Shown one piece after another: positions 51,640 through 63,236 of a stretch of DNA of 64,000 bases. The translations under genes were made by a program, and so were the position numbers. Each line of letters starts with the position of its first letter. The stretch's first letter is position 1. Location of the stretch: NCBI GenBank assembly GCA_964304625.1, contig OZ199839.1, positions 5,584,111-5,648,110 on the forward strand. The letters run 5' to 3'. The notes beneath the pieces are model-generated. The model was not told where the DNA came from. It ran no database searches and was given only the letters and a program-made list of their open reading frames with translations. This stretch comes from Kudoa neothunni (Eukaryota; Animalia; Cnidaria).

Positions 51640-52910
51640 ATGCACAATTGGATGATAAAATTAATTATTACAGTTGGAACAAAACGCAGTATATCTTTGA
51701 TTTCTGTGCCGTGCATACACAAACTTTCGACAATGGAAACAATCCATATTAGTTTTTTTGTCTACGTTCCTAGGAACCAAAGCACATCGTTTCCTACTTG
51801 GCTGTGGCAAACAATTCACTTCGGATGGCGAAGAATCATTCTTTTCATCAATAAATACGTCGATGCTGCCATATTTTATATAATGTGGCAAATTTTTACA
51901 ATGACTCTGGCGCTGAAGAACATTCCTCTTTGCTAACTGAATGGAAAGTTCGCGCAAAAAGTACTGTTGCTTACTTCTACTGTTCTTTTTCCAACCGGGA
52001 TATTTTTTACTCCATAGTATGTATGAATTTAAACAACATGCTATATCCAAAATATCCTAACGTAATGAATAATTCAAAGGTCTCTAAAATGGTGTTGAAA
52101 TTTGCTGACTCTCCTAAAAATTCAGAAGATGGAGGAATCTTGTTATAGGAACGATCCTTTGTTTTTGTGCGAGGTTCTATACTCCATTTAAAGCCAGATT
52201 GAGAAACTAACTCAAAATCGTGATTTTCTGTCACAAAAGAATAGCCCAAGTCCTCAGAAAAGTCTTCTTCTTCAACACCGCTATTAATGTCCTCAAGAAA
52301 ATCCTCAGTGGATGTATCATCTGACTCAGAAATTTCATATTCTGAAGTGTCATAACGGTCAGTGGAAGAGGAATCCTCAATATATTTCTCATATTCGTTG
52401 CTTATAATTACAAAATAAGTACTTTATCAAATTAAATAAAAAAAGAAAATTTTTAACACAACCAATTACCTTATCAGAATTAGAATTAGAATAAAACTCG
52501 ATCGAAATGAATTAACACGAGGGAGATTGGCAAACAGATGTCGGATTAACTTTCATAATTCCCCCAAAATATCACAGTGTAACTTTAAATTTGATTTCAA
52601 CCCATGATATCTATACAAAAAGACATTTCCAATTAATATGAAAGGTTAATGTAGCTATGAAATAAAATAGGAGATGAGGTTGGCATTATTTCTTAAAAAA
52701 TATGTAAGACGTCATTTTAAAAGCGAAAACTATTTATTATAATTAAATAAAATTATATATAAAAATATTTAAATAGAAGCCTTTTATCTTTATAGAGGAA
52801 TTCAGGAAATTTTACAATCGAAAATTAAACGTGTTTGAAATTATAAACAAAATGGTTATTTTGGGGTCCCTGAGTGGTCCCGCTTCGGGCGGACGGGCAG
52901 GCAGGGTTAA
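51640..52910 (-). mobile_element. Internally deleted piggyBac remnant (third family)
   Basis: The 5' end is TTAA-CCCTGCCTGCCCGTCCG...GGGACCCC at 52910. An acidic N-terminus with SQSGFKWS and ETFELFIT is joined directly to the C-terminal MDIACCLNSYILW...FLRELSIQL...RKRCALVPRNVDKKT..CFHCRKFVYARH. The DDD core is missing. Confidence 0.8.
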
Positions 52911-53356
52911 CTGTGTGCACCAATAACTTTTTAAGGGATAAAAAAATAGAAAAAAAAATAAAAGAGATAGAAAACTTATGAAAATTAATCGATATTGCTA
53001 AAATTAGCAACGCTTGGTCCGGCATCAACATTAATACAGTTTTCCCAAACAAATAGCTAAAAATAGCGCCAATTTCAACGTAAATAATTTAATTTAAATA
53101 ATTGGGTGAAATAAAAGTACAACCATCTGCATTGAATTTAATGAAACCTATGGACTCAGAATTTCCATTATAACGCTTCAATCAATGTAACTTTAACGTT
53201 CTCCATAAATTCTTTATTCATTAAACGTATATAGATTTTTTATCACATTGAAAACCATTAATAGAACTTATAAAATATACTTATCAAGTCATATACGTTA
53301 AAACTCCACAAATAAGGAATGTATTTAAACAGACATCCAAATAGAAATTCCAACCT

Positions 53357-53383
53357 TATATATATATATATATATAAATATAG

Positions 53384-53414
<31 letters not shown>

Positions 53415-53452
53415 AATAGATAGATAAATAGATAAATAGATAGATAAATAGA
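53357..53452. repeat. Compound (TA)n/(TAGA)n microsatellite
   Basis: Direct reading of the sequence. Confidence 0.85.
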
Positions 53453-53807
53453 AGCAGTTAATGAACATATGATGGAGCATATAAGGGAGATAGTAAACTT
53501 CAACCGACCATAATCATGAAAATCATGAAAATCATGAAATAAGCAAGTGCTAATCCTATAGTTGAACTCATGTAATCCGATAAACAAACTTCAAATCGAC
53601 AAAATCACTATTTCATAAATACTTTTTGGAAACTTTAGTAGTCCGAAAACAATTAAACTATTTTTGTAAATATCACAGATTTATAAAAATTTTATATATA
53701 ACTCTCTATAAGGAAAAAAATTGTGTACTTAGGGGTAACACACGCACAAACACTACTACTTTATATAAATATATGTATAAAGGATTGTGAAATTATGTTA
53801 AAATAGC

Positions 53808-54297
53808 GAATACGTGAGTTACCACTCACAGCTTTTTAAAACATCCTTTATAAGATAGCGAAAAAAGGATTAACAATTAATATTTATATTTCGAAGGTAT
53901 CTATCTTAGGTTGATTTTATTTTTTTTATCGTTTATAGACTAATAATAAATTTTATAACTAGAAGGATTGATTTGTATCGCAGAATTTTTAAAGAACTGA
54001 AAGTCCTATTTAATTTACTTAATGATTTTGTTAAATAAATAAATATATATTAATCCTTAACCAAATCGCTCATAAAATTAAAGTGATTACATTTTTGGCC
54101 AATAATTTGTCAAAGAAACTCAAAAATACTCATTAATATCCTTAAAATAATAAATTTATTTTCGAATGGAAAGTACGCACACTATTTTGTTCATCACATT
54201 GTAAAAATAATGACAAGCTTTTAAATGCATCAATTATAATAGAGAAATAAAATCTCACATCCCGCAGTAATGAGTAATGCTGTGCATTAACGTTAGT
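53808..54297. repeat. ~490 bp interspersed repeat, copy 1
   Basis: Highly similar direct copy at ~59282-59772. Confidence 0.9.
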
Positions 54298-54506
54298 TTA
54301 TGAAAAGTTGGCCGGCCATGTAGAAATAACTACACACAGACAAACAATTACGGTTGTTTGCGCTCTAACACACTGTAAACCTTGTGTTGATAAACAACAC
54401 CGAAAGTCATTTAAAAAGCAGATCGAAAATAGAAAGATTTGATATAGACAGTACTTATCTCTAAAAAGAACTACGTACAGAAAAAACAATTTTTATCGAT
54501 AAAAAT

Positions 54507-55713
54507 TTATTTCAGATAGTCCAAAGTTTTTTGAGGTATTTTTTCCAAAAGAGGCTTATAGAGGGATTCACTCGTAGCAATTATTCCATGGTTATTTTTG
54601 ATTGGAGCATCACTGGAATAGTTGAAAAAATGACCGAAAAAATCGGTAACAATAAGAGGAGGATCCATCGATCGACAAACAGCATCAGTCGCACAAATAT
54701 CCCACTTAGATGTGCCTTTACCAGGATAGACAAAGGCGTCCACATGTTTTTCCATCAGCTAACAACAAAAAATAGTCAATAAAATGGGATGATAACTGAT
54801 TGATGGTTGAAGCTGAATTACTTCGATCGCTTTAAAGCCAGCTCCAGGAGTGTGTAGAATTTTGTCCGCTCCCAAATTACTCACTGTACTCAACACAATT
54901 CCATCTACGTGAGTTTTTGACGTTGCAATGACATAAGAGCCTGATTTTTCGGCCGATAAATCCTCGAGATTGAAAGCACCAACTCCAACAATACCCCAAA
55001 CAGTTCTTCCCTTGGAGTTGGTATTTTTGTGGAATGGTTGATGTATGACACCGGCAATAGGTTCACCACTCTTCAGCGCGATACCAATGAGCACAGTTAC
55101 ATGTTCTCGTATACCAGCAGCAAAATCTGTGGTTCCATCTAATGGATCCAACCAAATAACCAACTAAAAATAATATCGATCAGTCAAATTGTATTCTATC
55201 GATTCTATGTAAGACAAATGTATCACATCTTGTTGGGTGATATTTTCATATCGTTGAGGTAGTTGTGTGCAACGTTCTAAAACTTCATTACTTGGGGTGA
55301 GTTGATTATTGACAAACTCTTTATCTTTATCACGTTGAGACAGAGAGGTCAATCCGGTTGATTCCTAGTTGAGAAATTGTATTAATTTCATCGTAAAAAA
55401 ACCGACAGATTGAAAGTTTCTCCAAGATTATACCTCCTCGCCAATAATTTTGCAATCGGGGTATACTTTCCTTAGACTACTCACGATAATCATTTCAGCA
55501 ACACGATCCGCCTCTGTTTGAGGATCGAACTCTCCTATTTCACTATCACCCTATATCAACAAAATCAATCAGATTTCTCTCTCTCTCATGTGATATCAAT
55601 TATTCAATCACTTTATTGATTATTTTTAGGTCATCATCTGTGGATATTCTACGAATGGATGCACCTGCATTTTCCGCTAATGATACACACAAAGCAACCA
55701 AATCACGAATCAT
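54507..55713 (-). CDS. BPNT1: 3'(2'),5'-bisphosphate nucleotidase 1 (inositol monophosphatase family)
   Basis: MIRDLVALCVSLAENAGASIRRI...LKIINK; DPQTEADR; KIIGEE; VIWLDPLDGTTDF; HVTVLIGIA; GRTVWGIVGVGAF; GGAG-like PGAGFK; AFVYPGKGTSKWDICA. Confidence 0.93.
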
Positions 55714-55783
55714 TTCCAACCAACTATCCAATGCTTTTATTAATCCTACGCATAACTTCGGCTTCATTCAACCACAATCGTAA

Positions 55784-58700
55784 ATGTTTCAATGTTTCTT
55801 TCATCGATTCTTTTACCAGTTCTCCACTAACTCTCGGTCATATTTGTTTTTAAAAAATAAAAGATACTTATTTGTATATTTTTTAATGGTTTCTACTTGA
55901 TGAGAATTTTGATTTAGATTAATGATGAGAAATCACGTTTTTTAACATTCCCTAACGCGTTATGTGTAGCAAGGATAGCACTAGGACCAGCAACTGTGTA
56001 TTATGTTGGTGAGAAAAAGTATAGAACAAGTCTCAGTTTGACTGGACTTGCCGCGCTCACTGACCTTGTAGGAATTGTTTTTTCTTTTTTCGGTGCAAAT
56101 AAATAAAAGTTTTTAGGTGGATGGTTATATAGCGAGGGCGATTCCATCTCAGGCTTCCAGATTCGGCAGCATTTTTGACCCTATCGCCGACAAAACATTC
56201 ATGTTATGTTTGACTTCGGCTCTTGGATATTACGGCTTGATCCCGAGTAATTGGCAATATCTGATTCTATTCAATGTGGGACGGTACGCCGTGATTAGTT
56301 GAGTCCAATTTTTCACTCCAATCAAATCAACTTAAACATACACGAAATTCGCTCATGTTATAACTAGTTCGTACTCCATTAATTTGCTACAAATAATTAA
56401 TTCGTATAAATTTAATCCCATACGCATAATAGTTGTCTATCGTTAAATCCCTGCCTGGTAATGTGTTTTTATGTTGAATGTAATTGAGAATTGAAACCCC
56501 TACCCTAGTAACAAAGCATTCTATGCGATGCATACATAAGAAATCTACAACATATTATATGAATATTGTATAAGACGCGCCTGCGTGTATTTCCGTCAAG
56601 TAGTATTCATATGTGCGCGTGTACATTTGACGTGATATTCTTTTGTTGTCACTTATTTTTGGGGTGTCAAACAATAAAATTTAAATTACTTCATTTGGGC
56701 TAGTAGATATTCGGAAAATTTTAATTACATGGGAAGGTGATCACTCTGAAATCAGACATTATTTAAGTGTTATTAGAATTATTTTTTTATTAATATTTCC
56801 AGTCAACTATTAACTATTGGGGAAAAAATTTTTATCGTTAACGATAAGGAAGTAGATAGGTCAGTAGTATTGCTTTTCGAGCTGCTGTCAATCACTATCA
56901 CAGTCAAACCTCCATTATCCGGAAAATTTGCGATCAGCGATTTTCTTTCTGAATAATCGAACATAAGAAATTATGTAGGCGGACGTATTTTAATAAAAAT
57001 TTCGAGTGAAAGGATTTTTTTATTGGGTTCTCATTTTTCCTTGTGATTCAATGATAATAGTCGATTAAAAGTTTTATGAGCGTTTTAACTTTTTGAATCG
57101 TTATAAATAACCATATTGAAGTTTATATATTATTTTCTGACCTCAAACAAATAATTTCAGCATGAAAGGATTAATAGTAACCTTTTTGTATTGTTGGGGG
57201 GCTGCGTGATTTTTGTTAAGAGTGGTTTTAGTTGTTTCTACCCGACATAAATATCATATTTTCAAGAATGTCGAATATCTTTAAATTTATGATGGCAGCA
57301 AAATTGTATAATTTAAAATCAATAATTAAACGGTTCAACTCTTTAAATCAAAATCTAAATGTAATAACAATAACAACAACAACAACAACAACAATAATCA
57401 GTGTTACTAATGAAATCAATATGTTTTCATTTAATCTTACTCCTGACACTTCTTAATGCATTATAATGATGTATATCATCTAATGTAATCAATACTAATA
57501 AAATGTGAGTGATCTTATTTATTCAATTATCACCATTTTCGTCAACAACAATATTCGAACAAAATCTCATTACATTATAAATTAAAGTTGCTTTTCTCCT
57601 GATTAGATTACGAATAATTTTGTAGCAATGAATATTTGTCATATTAGTGAAGTTGTTACATACTTAAATTCTAGTTGTGCGCTTGCGTGTCATTTAAAAA
57701 TATCGGGTTTGATTTAAATTGTCTGTGCTAATTTCAAAGAATATATATTCGCGTGGCCACTCTAATTTTTATACGGATATTCTAAAGATATGAGTAGATT
57801 TTATAAACTTTAGTTGTGTGTCACGAAAAAGATATGTGATATTTATATATTTAATGAAATATCGGATTTCCTCATTTATTCACACAAAACTAATATTATC
57901 CAACTGTATTTAGGTGTTTAAGACTGAAATAATAAACTTTACAAGTCTATTTCGTCTAGTCACGTGACATCCACTCCGTTTAAATATTTCTATCAAAACA
58001 AAATTTTCTCTACATAATATTAAATTGAAAAAATTTATTCCCAATATATACATATATATATGTATAATCCTTTTTCTGTCAATTTGTGTGCGCATGGATA
58101 AACTTTTTTTAAGTAGTTTTTAATTCACATTTGAATAGAAGATACTGTTGAGAAAAATCGTTCATTTACGTATAAGTACAAATATAATCAATATCGTTAT
58201 CAGAAGTAATGAATTTTCTGGCTGTTCACATCAATTAACAGATTTTAAGAAATACTTGCATAATATTGATGTTTGTTTACTTCTGATTGATGATTGATGA
58301 TTGATGATTGATAGCCAAATAAAATGAATTTTTACTCACGATATACAACGAGAATCTGCTGATTATGGTGTGTAATGTTTTAAAAATGTTATATATGCTT
58401 GTTTGGAGTAATTTTAAGACAAATAAAATTATAAACTTAACAAAATTATTTTGAATGTATTTTCAATTTTACAACATTATAGATATATTTTAGGCAAAAT
58501 GACTTATGATCATTTTAAATAAAACACATAATTGGAGATTGAAGTTGTTGCCACGTTGGAATAATTTTGGTCTCTATACGCATTCTAAAAATGATGTAAG
58601 ACATGTGTAGAGTTTTCAAATAATTAAATTTTTGCGAAAATTTATTTTTATCCAATATATCGATTAAGTTATATTCTATATTCGTCTTTTCGATGAGTTT

Positions 58701-60268
58701 TTACTCATTTTTTGGTTTTCCTAAACTTTCTTGCAAAACAGCTGGCATCACTAATTCGACAAGTTTCTATAGTTGATGAGATAATTTTTTAAATATTATT
58801 TAAGTTCTTGGCAACCAATTATTCCTTACCCCCAGACTTTTTAAGGTTAACATTCAAATCAATATATAATTTTCTTTTCGCCAAAACTAACTCATTATGA
58901 TAAAAAGTGTTGCATTAAAATATGCAACACCGCGTTCTATTCTTCTATACGTAGTTTAAGAATTTATATTCACGATTACTTTTGCGCAAAATACAGTACA
59001 ATCCCAATACGTGCCATGTAAGTTAATAAGGAATTATTGGTCTATTCGATCCAACCGATATTTTCACAAAGTTTTCGTTAATCTAAGAATAGTTGTTCAA
59101 TACGAAGAGATTTTTTAGGGCAATTAAACAGCACGTTAATTTTTTAAACAAAAAACATCTTTACATTTTTGATATAATCGATTTTGATAATTGAATTTAT
59201 ATATTTTTGAACCAGTAAGTATTATTGATAAAAAGCAAGGTTGGATTTGTTTATAAATGGGGAATTTCGTTACAATAGTGTGAATACGTGAGTTACCACT
59301 CACAGCTTTTTAAAACATCATTTATAAGATTGCGAAAAAAGGATTAACAATTAATATGTATATTTCGGAGGTATCTATCTTAGGTTGATTTTATTTTTTT
59401 ATCGTTTGTGGATTAATAATAAATTTTATAACTAGAAGGATTAATGTTTATCGCAAAATTTTGAAAAGAACTAAAAGTCCTATTTAATTTACTTAATGAT
59501 TTTGTTAAATAAACAAATATATTTTAATCCTTAATTAAATCGCTCATAAAATTAAAGTGATTACATTTTTGGTCAATAATTTGTCAAATAAACTCAAAAA
59601 TACTCATTAATATCCTTAAAATAATAAATTTATTTTCGAATGGAAAGTACGCACATTATTTTGTTCATCACATTGTAAAAATAATGACAAGCTTTAAAAT
59701 GCATCAATTATAATAGAGAAATAAAATCTCACATCCCACAGTAATAAGCAAAGCTGTGCATTGGCGTTATTTACTTCAAAATCAATGTTGATCTCTAAAT
59801 ATTGACATTATTGAATTAATTAACTCAATTTTATTATAGACTACCTGATGACTACAATTATCGGAAGAGATTTAATGCTAGGATTCCTCTCAGTATACGT
59901 ACGCTATTGTAAGATAGGAACCAAAGTTTCGCTGAACTCCATACGAATCAATCCAACATTCCTAAGCAAAGTAAATTTACGTACAATTCGAGCAAGGGAT
60001 TATTGTAAAAAACCTAACTTTGAATAGTTCAATACTGCACTACAATTGGTAACATTGCTGCTGTCGCTGGCTTTCCCGCAAAACCAATCCGACTCGACCT
60101 CCAAAAACAACCAACTCGAATATCTCTGGTATGTTTCATGTGTAATTCAGACAATTTAATTAAAAGAATAGGTTGGCATGTGCCATAATAACTGCGATAA
60201 GCGGACTCGACTACCTATACAAATGTCTACAACCTGGCTCACTCAATAAACCCTTCAAATGCTGTTGA
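55784..60268 (+). CDS. CRLS1: Cardiolipin synthase (CDP-alcohol phosphotransferase family)
   Basis: Basic/aromatic N-terminal leader from ATG 55784 (intron 55874-55917); LTFPNALCVARI; AALTDLVDGYIAR...SRFGSIFDPIADK. After a ~3.6 kb intron: IIGRDLML...YVRY, PTFLSK-FNTALQL, ISGLDY; stop at 60266-60268. Confidence 0.92.
59282..59772. repeat. ~490 bp interspersed repeat, copy 2 (in the CRLS1 intron)
   Basis: gaatacgtgagttaccactcacagc...aaatctcacatccc...gctgtgcatt matches copy 1 along its whole length. Confidence 0.9.
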
Positions 60269-60350
60269 TCTAAAAAAACACCATTTTTATATATTAAAAT
60301 AAACGGATGTGTGTAATTTGTTGGAAAAAATTGTTTTTATATCAAATATA

Positions 60351-61581
60351 TCAAATTAGAGGGACATTTTCGTATTGTTGAGGCATAGTGTATTCCAAAA
60401 TTTTTGAGATAATGTACAAATTTTTTAATGAAACCAATATGAGGTATTAATTCCACTTCCAGTTTGAATTTAATAGGTCTTCCCCTATATTATAAATAAT
60501 ATACATAAATAATATACATAAATAATATAGATAAATAATATAAATAAATAATATAAATAAATAATATAAATAAATAAATAATATAAATAAATAAATAATA
60601 TAAATAAATAAATAATATAAATAAATAAATAAATAATATAAATAAATAAATAATATAAATAAATAAATAATATAAATAAATAAATAAATAATATAAATAA
60701 TAAATAATATAAATAAATAAATAATATAAATAACATAAATAACATAAATAATATAAATAATATAAATAACATAAATAACATAAATAATATAAATAACATA
60801 AATAATATAAATAACATAAATAATATAAATAACATAAATAATATAAATAACATAAATAATATAAATAACATAAATAATATAAATAACATAAATAATGAAA
60901 ATCAATGAAAATCAATTAATATCAATGAATATCAATGAATATCAATGAAAATCAATGAAAATCAATTAATATCAATGAAAATCAATATGTTAGGTCGAGC
61001 TTATTTTACAAAGCAACTCAACATATCAACATACCGTAGGTAATGACCATCATCCTGTAAAGTGTATTCCGAATAGATGTGGTCTTTTTTCACAATGTGA
61101 TTCTCATGACGCCTAACAATTTTGTCATAGAGAAGAATTTCGTTACGAGGCTGAATAAAAGCAGTTAATCCAACACAACACAACCACCACTCTCACATTC
61201 AAAGGGCTACTGTAATAAGCTATCAGATGGAGATTGACTTGTTTACAATTCCAATGGAAATTTTTGGTCAAATCTTGATAAAATTACTGTGTGTTTTTAG
61301 AGTGTTAGCTTACTTGCGTTCAAACTCAAAACAAATCTAGCACCATCTATATCCAGCATTCTTCCCACATAAATCTTTTTTCTAATCAACAAAAAAAATC
61401 ACACCACTCAACTCAAGACGAGGGTGTTTATTTACAGATTAACCGATTGCAGCGCAAAATCGCCATCCAATTCCATCCTATCTAGATAGTAACCAGATAG
61501 CCATATTGCTGACGCAAGAACAGCCATTGTAATGCTCAAATGTGAGACAACTGTGTTGAGTCTTGATTGAAAGGTGTCCAT
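60351..61581 (-). CDS. SPCS3: Signal peptidase complex subunit 3 (SPC22/23)
   Basis: Spliced reading MDTFQSRLNTVVSHLSITMAVLASAIWL...NLTKNFHWNCKQVNLHLIAYYSSPLN-PRNEILLYDKIVRR...YTLQDDGHYLR-GRPIKFKLEVELIPHIG, matching the family motifs FDWNVKQ, NQVVLWDKIV and DDGNGL. The stop position assumes one frameshift in the last exon. Confidence 0.9.
60490..60990. repeat. Almost pure A/T minisatellite plus (AATCAATGA)n filling an SPCS3 intron
   Basis: About 400 bp of (TAAA)nTAATA and TAAATAACATAAATAATA units, followed by 9-nt atcaatgaa units. Confidence 0.95.
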
Positions 61582-63224
61582 TGGAAATTGGTGTGACTGC
61601 TCGCGCACTGTGTTTGCTTAGTCACACCTATGGATAAAAATGGTTAGTCATCTCATCACTTTCTTAATGTATTATGTATTTTTTATAAAATTTTGAAGTT
61701 GATGTTTCGCAATTAAATTTTTATAATTCTTTCTAAATTGTAAATTACGTTAGGATTATTAATTTGGGGTAGATGAATTTTTATAAATGAGGAGTTAGAT
61801 TGTATTTATTTTTATATTTTTTAAATAACAATTATAATTGGCTCTTAAAAATATCATCTGATAAAATAAAGAGGAAAAATCGAGTCAAAATTTTCGAAAT
61901 ATGAAATATAAAGTATTTCTTGCGTAATGGTGTGAATGCCATGGAAAACGTAAGAGGAATCACGTTGAAAAATCTGTTGGAATCGATACTAGATTATTAG
62001 ATTATCCGCTAAAGATCAACAGAAATTTATTCGATTTTTAGGGTGGGGAATAAATAGTTTATTATTTGAAAAATTGATAGTTTATTTAATTTTTGATTGA
62101 CCGTTAACAGATCAATTAATTCTATACAGTAAATAACCTTGTAAACTTTGAAAATAATCCATTAAAATTAGATTACTTAGGCGTTTGGCCCTACTTTAAT
62201 CATAGAATTATAAATTAATTGTTTAAGGGTTTATTGAGGGTAGAAAATTCATTATTAAAAATTATACACAAAAATAATGTTCTTTTATTTTTATCTATTA
62301 TGATTGACCTTTAATAAATTATGAGATATCATTAGTGAATAATTTGGAAAAAAATATATACGATAATATTATTGCTAATCCATATAGATTTATTTTTATT
62401 TTTTTTATTAATTATTGAAAATTCTTCTATCCAAAATAACTTGGGAATTTCGCATAATGATATTAAACTCCTTTTTGATCACACAAAATACCTATGTCAG
62501 TTAATTTATAAAAATAAATCAGCGTCTTTCTTGATATAATTGGTTTCTAACTAAATGATACTAATAATGAATAATCATCATTGTATGTTGTGAATTTATA
62601 TAAATCTGCCTATAGACGTCAATCATAAAGTTCCGCTTAATTTTAGATTAATTACATTCATTCCATATTCTCACCAAACTAAATATGTTAATAATACGAT
62701 AAAACTCTAATATGAAAACAGTAAATTTGCGCTGGATTTTAAATTTTTTATTTAAATTAATAATTTTTATTTTTAAAGGTTTTTGAATAAAAAAATGCAC
62801 CTACATGAATTTAATATGCTGCGCGTGCGCCAGATATTTGAAAACGCGATATATGGGAAATAGACTAATGGACGTTTGGTTAAATAAACCAATTTTTCAG
62901 AATAAATACATTTATTCAACATCATATTTTTTTTTGATGGTTACATGCGCAATTTTTGACAAATTTTTTCTAAAAAAGATTCAGTTTTTATTAATTTATA
63001 TTATTTTAATCTCTATAGATTGTTATAAACAAGTTACCTAGATTAACTGTGTAAATAATGATTGGAATCCAACAATAAAATTCATAACGAAGGATTTTTG
63101 TATTATTAACCTTCTAAGTTAAGTAGCTGAAAATAAAAATTCAAGATAGACCGACAAAATATGAGTAAAATTCATTGATTTAATTTGGAATAAATGACCA
63201 ATTATTAAAATTGTATTTTATGGT

Positions 63225-63236
63225 TGCGCATGCGCA
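63225..63236. promoter_or_regulatory. Perfect NRF1-type palindrome
   Basis: TGCGCATGCGCA in AT-rich DNA ~1.6 kb upstream of SPCS3. Confidence 0.4.

Noticed and set aside
53258-53587. 109-aa hydrophobic ORF
   Set aside because: Largely derived from (TAGA)n/(TA)n microsatellites.
60447-60915. Three long hydrophobic ORFs (IIYV/LFI/YYL repeats)
   Set aside because: Artefacts of the A/T minisatellite inside an SPCS3 intron.
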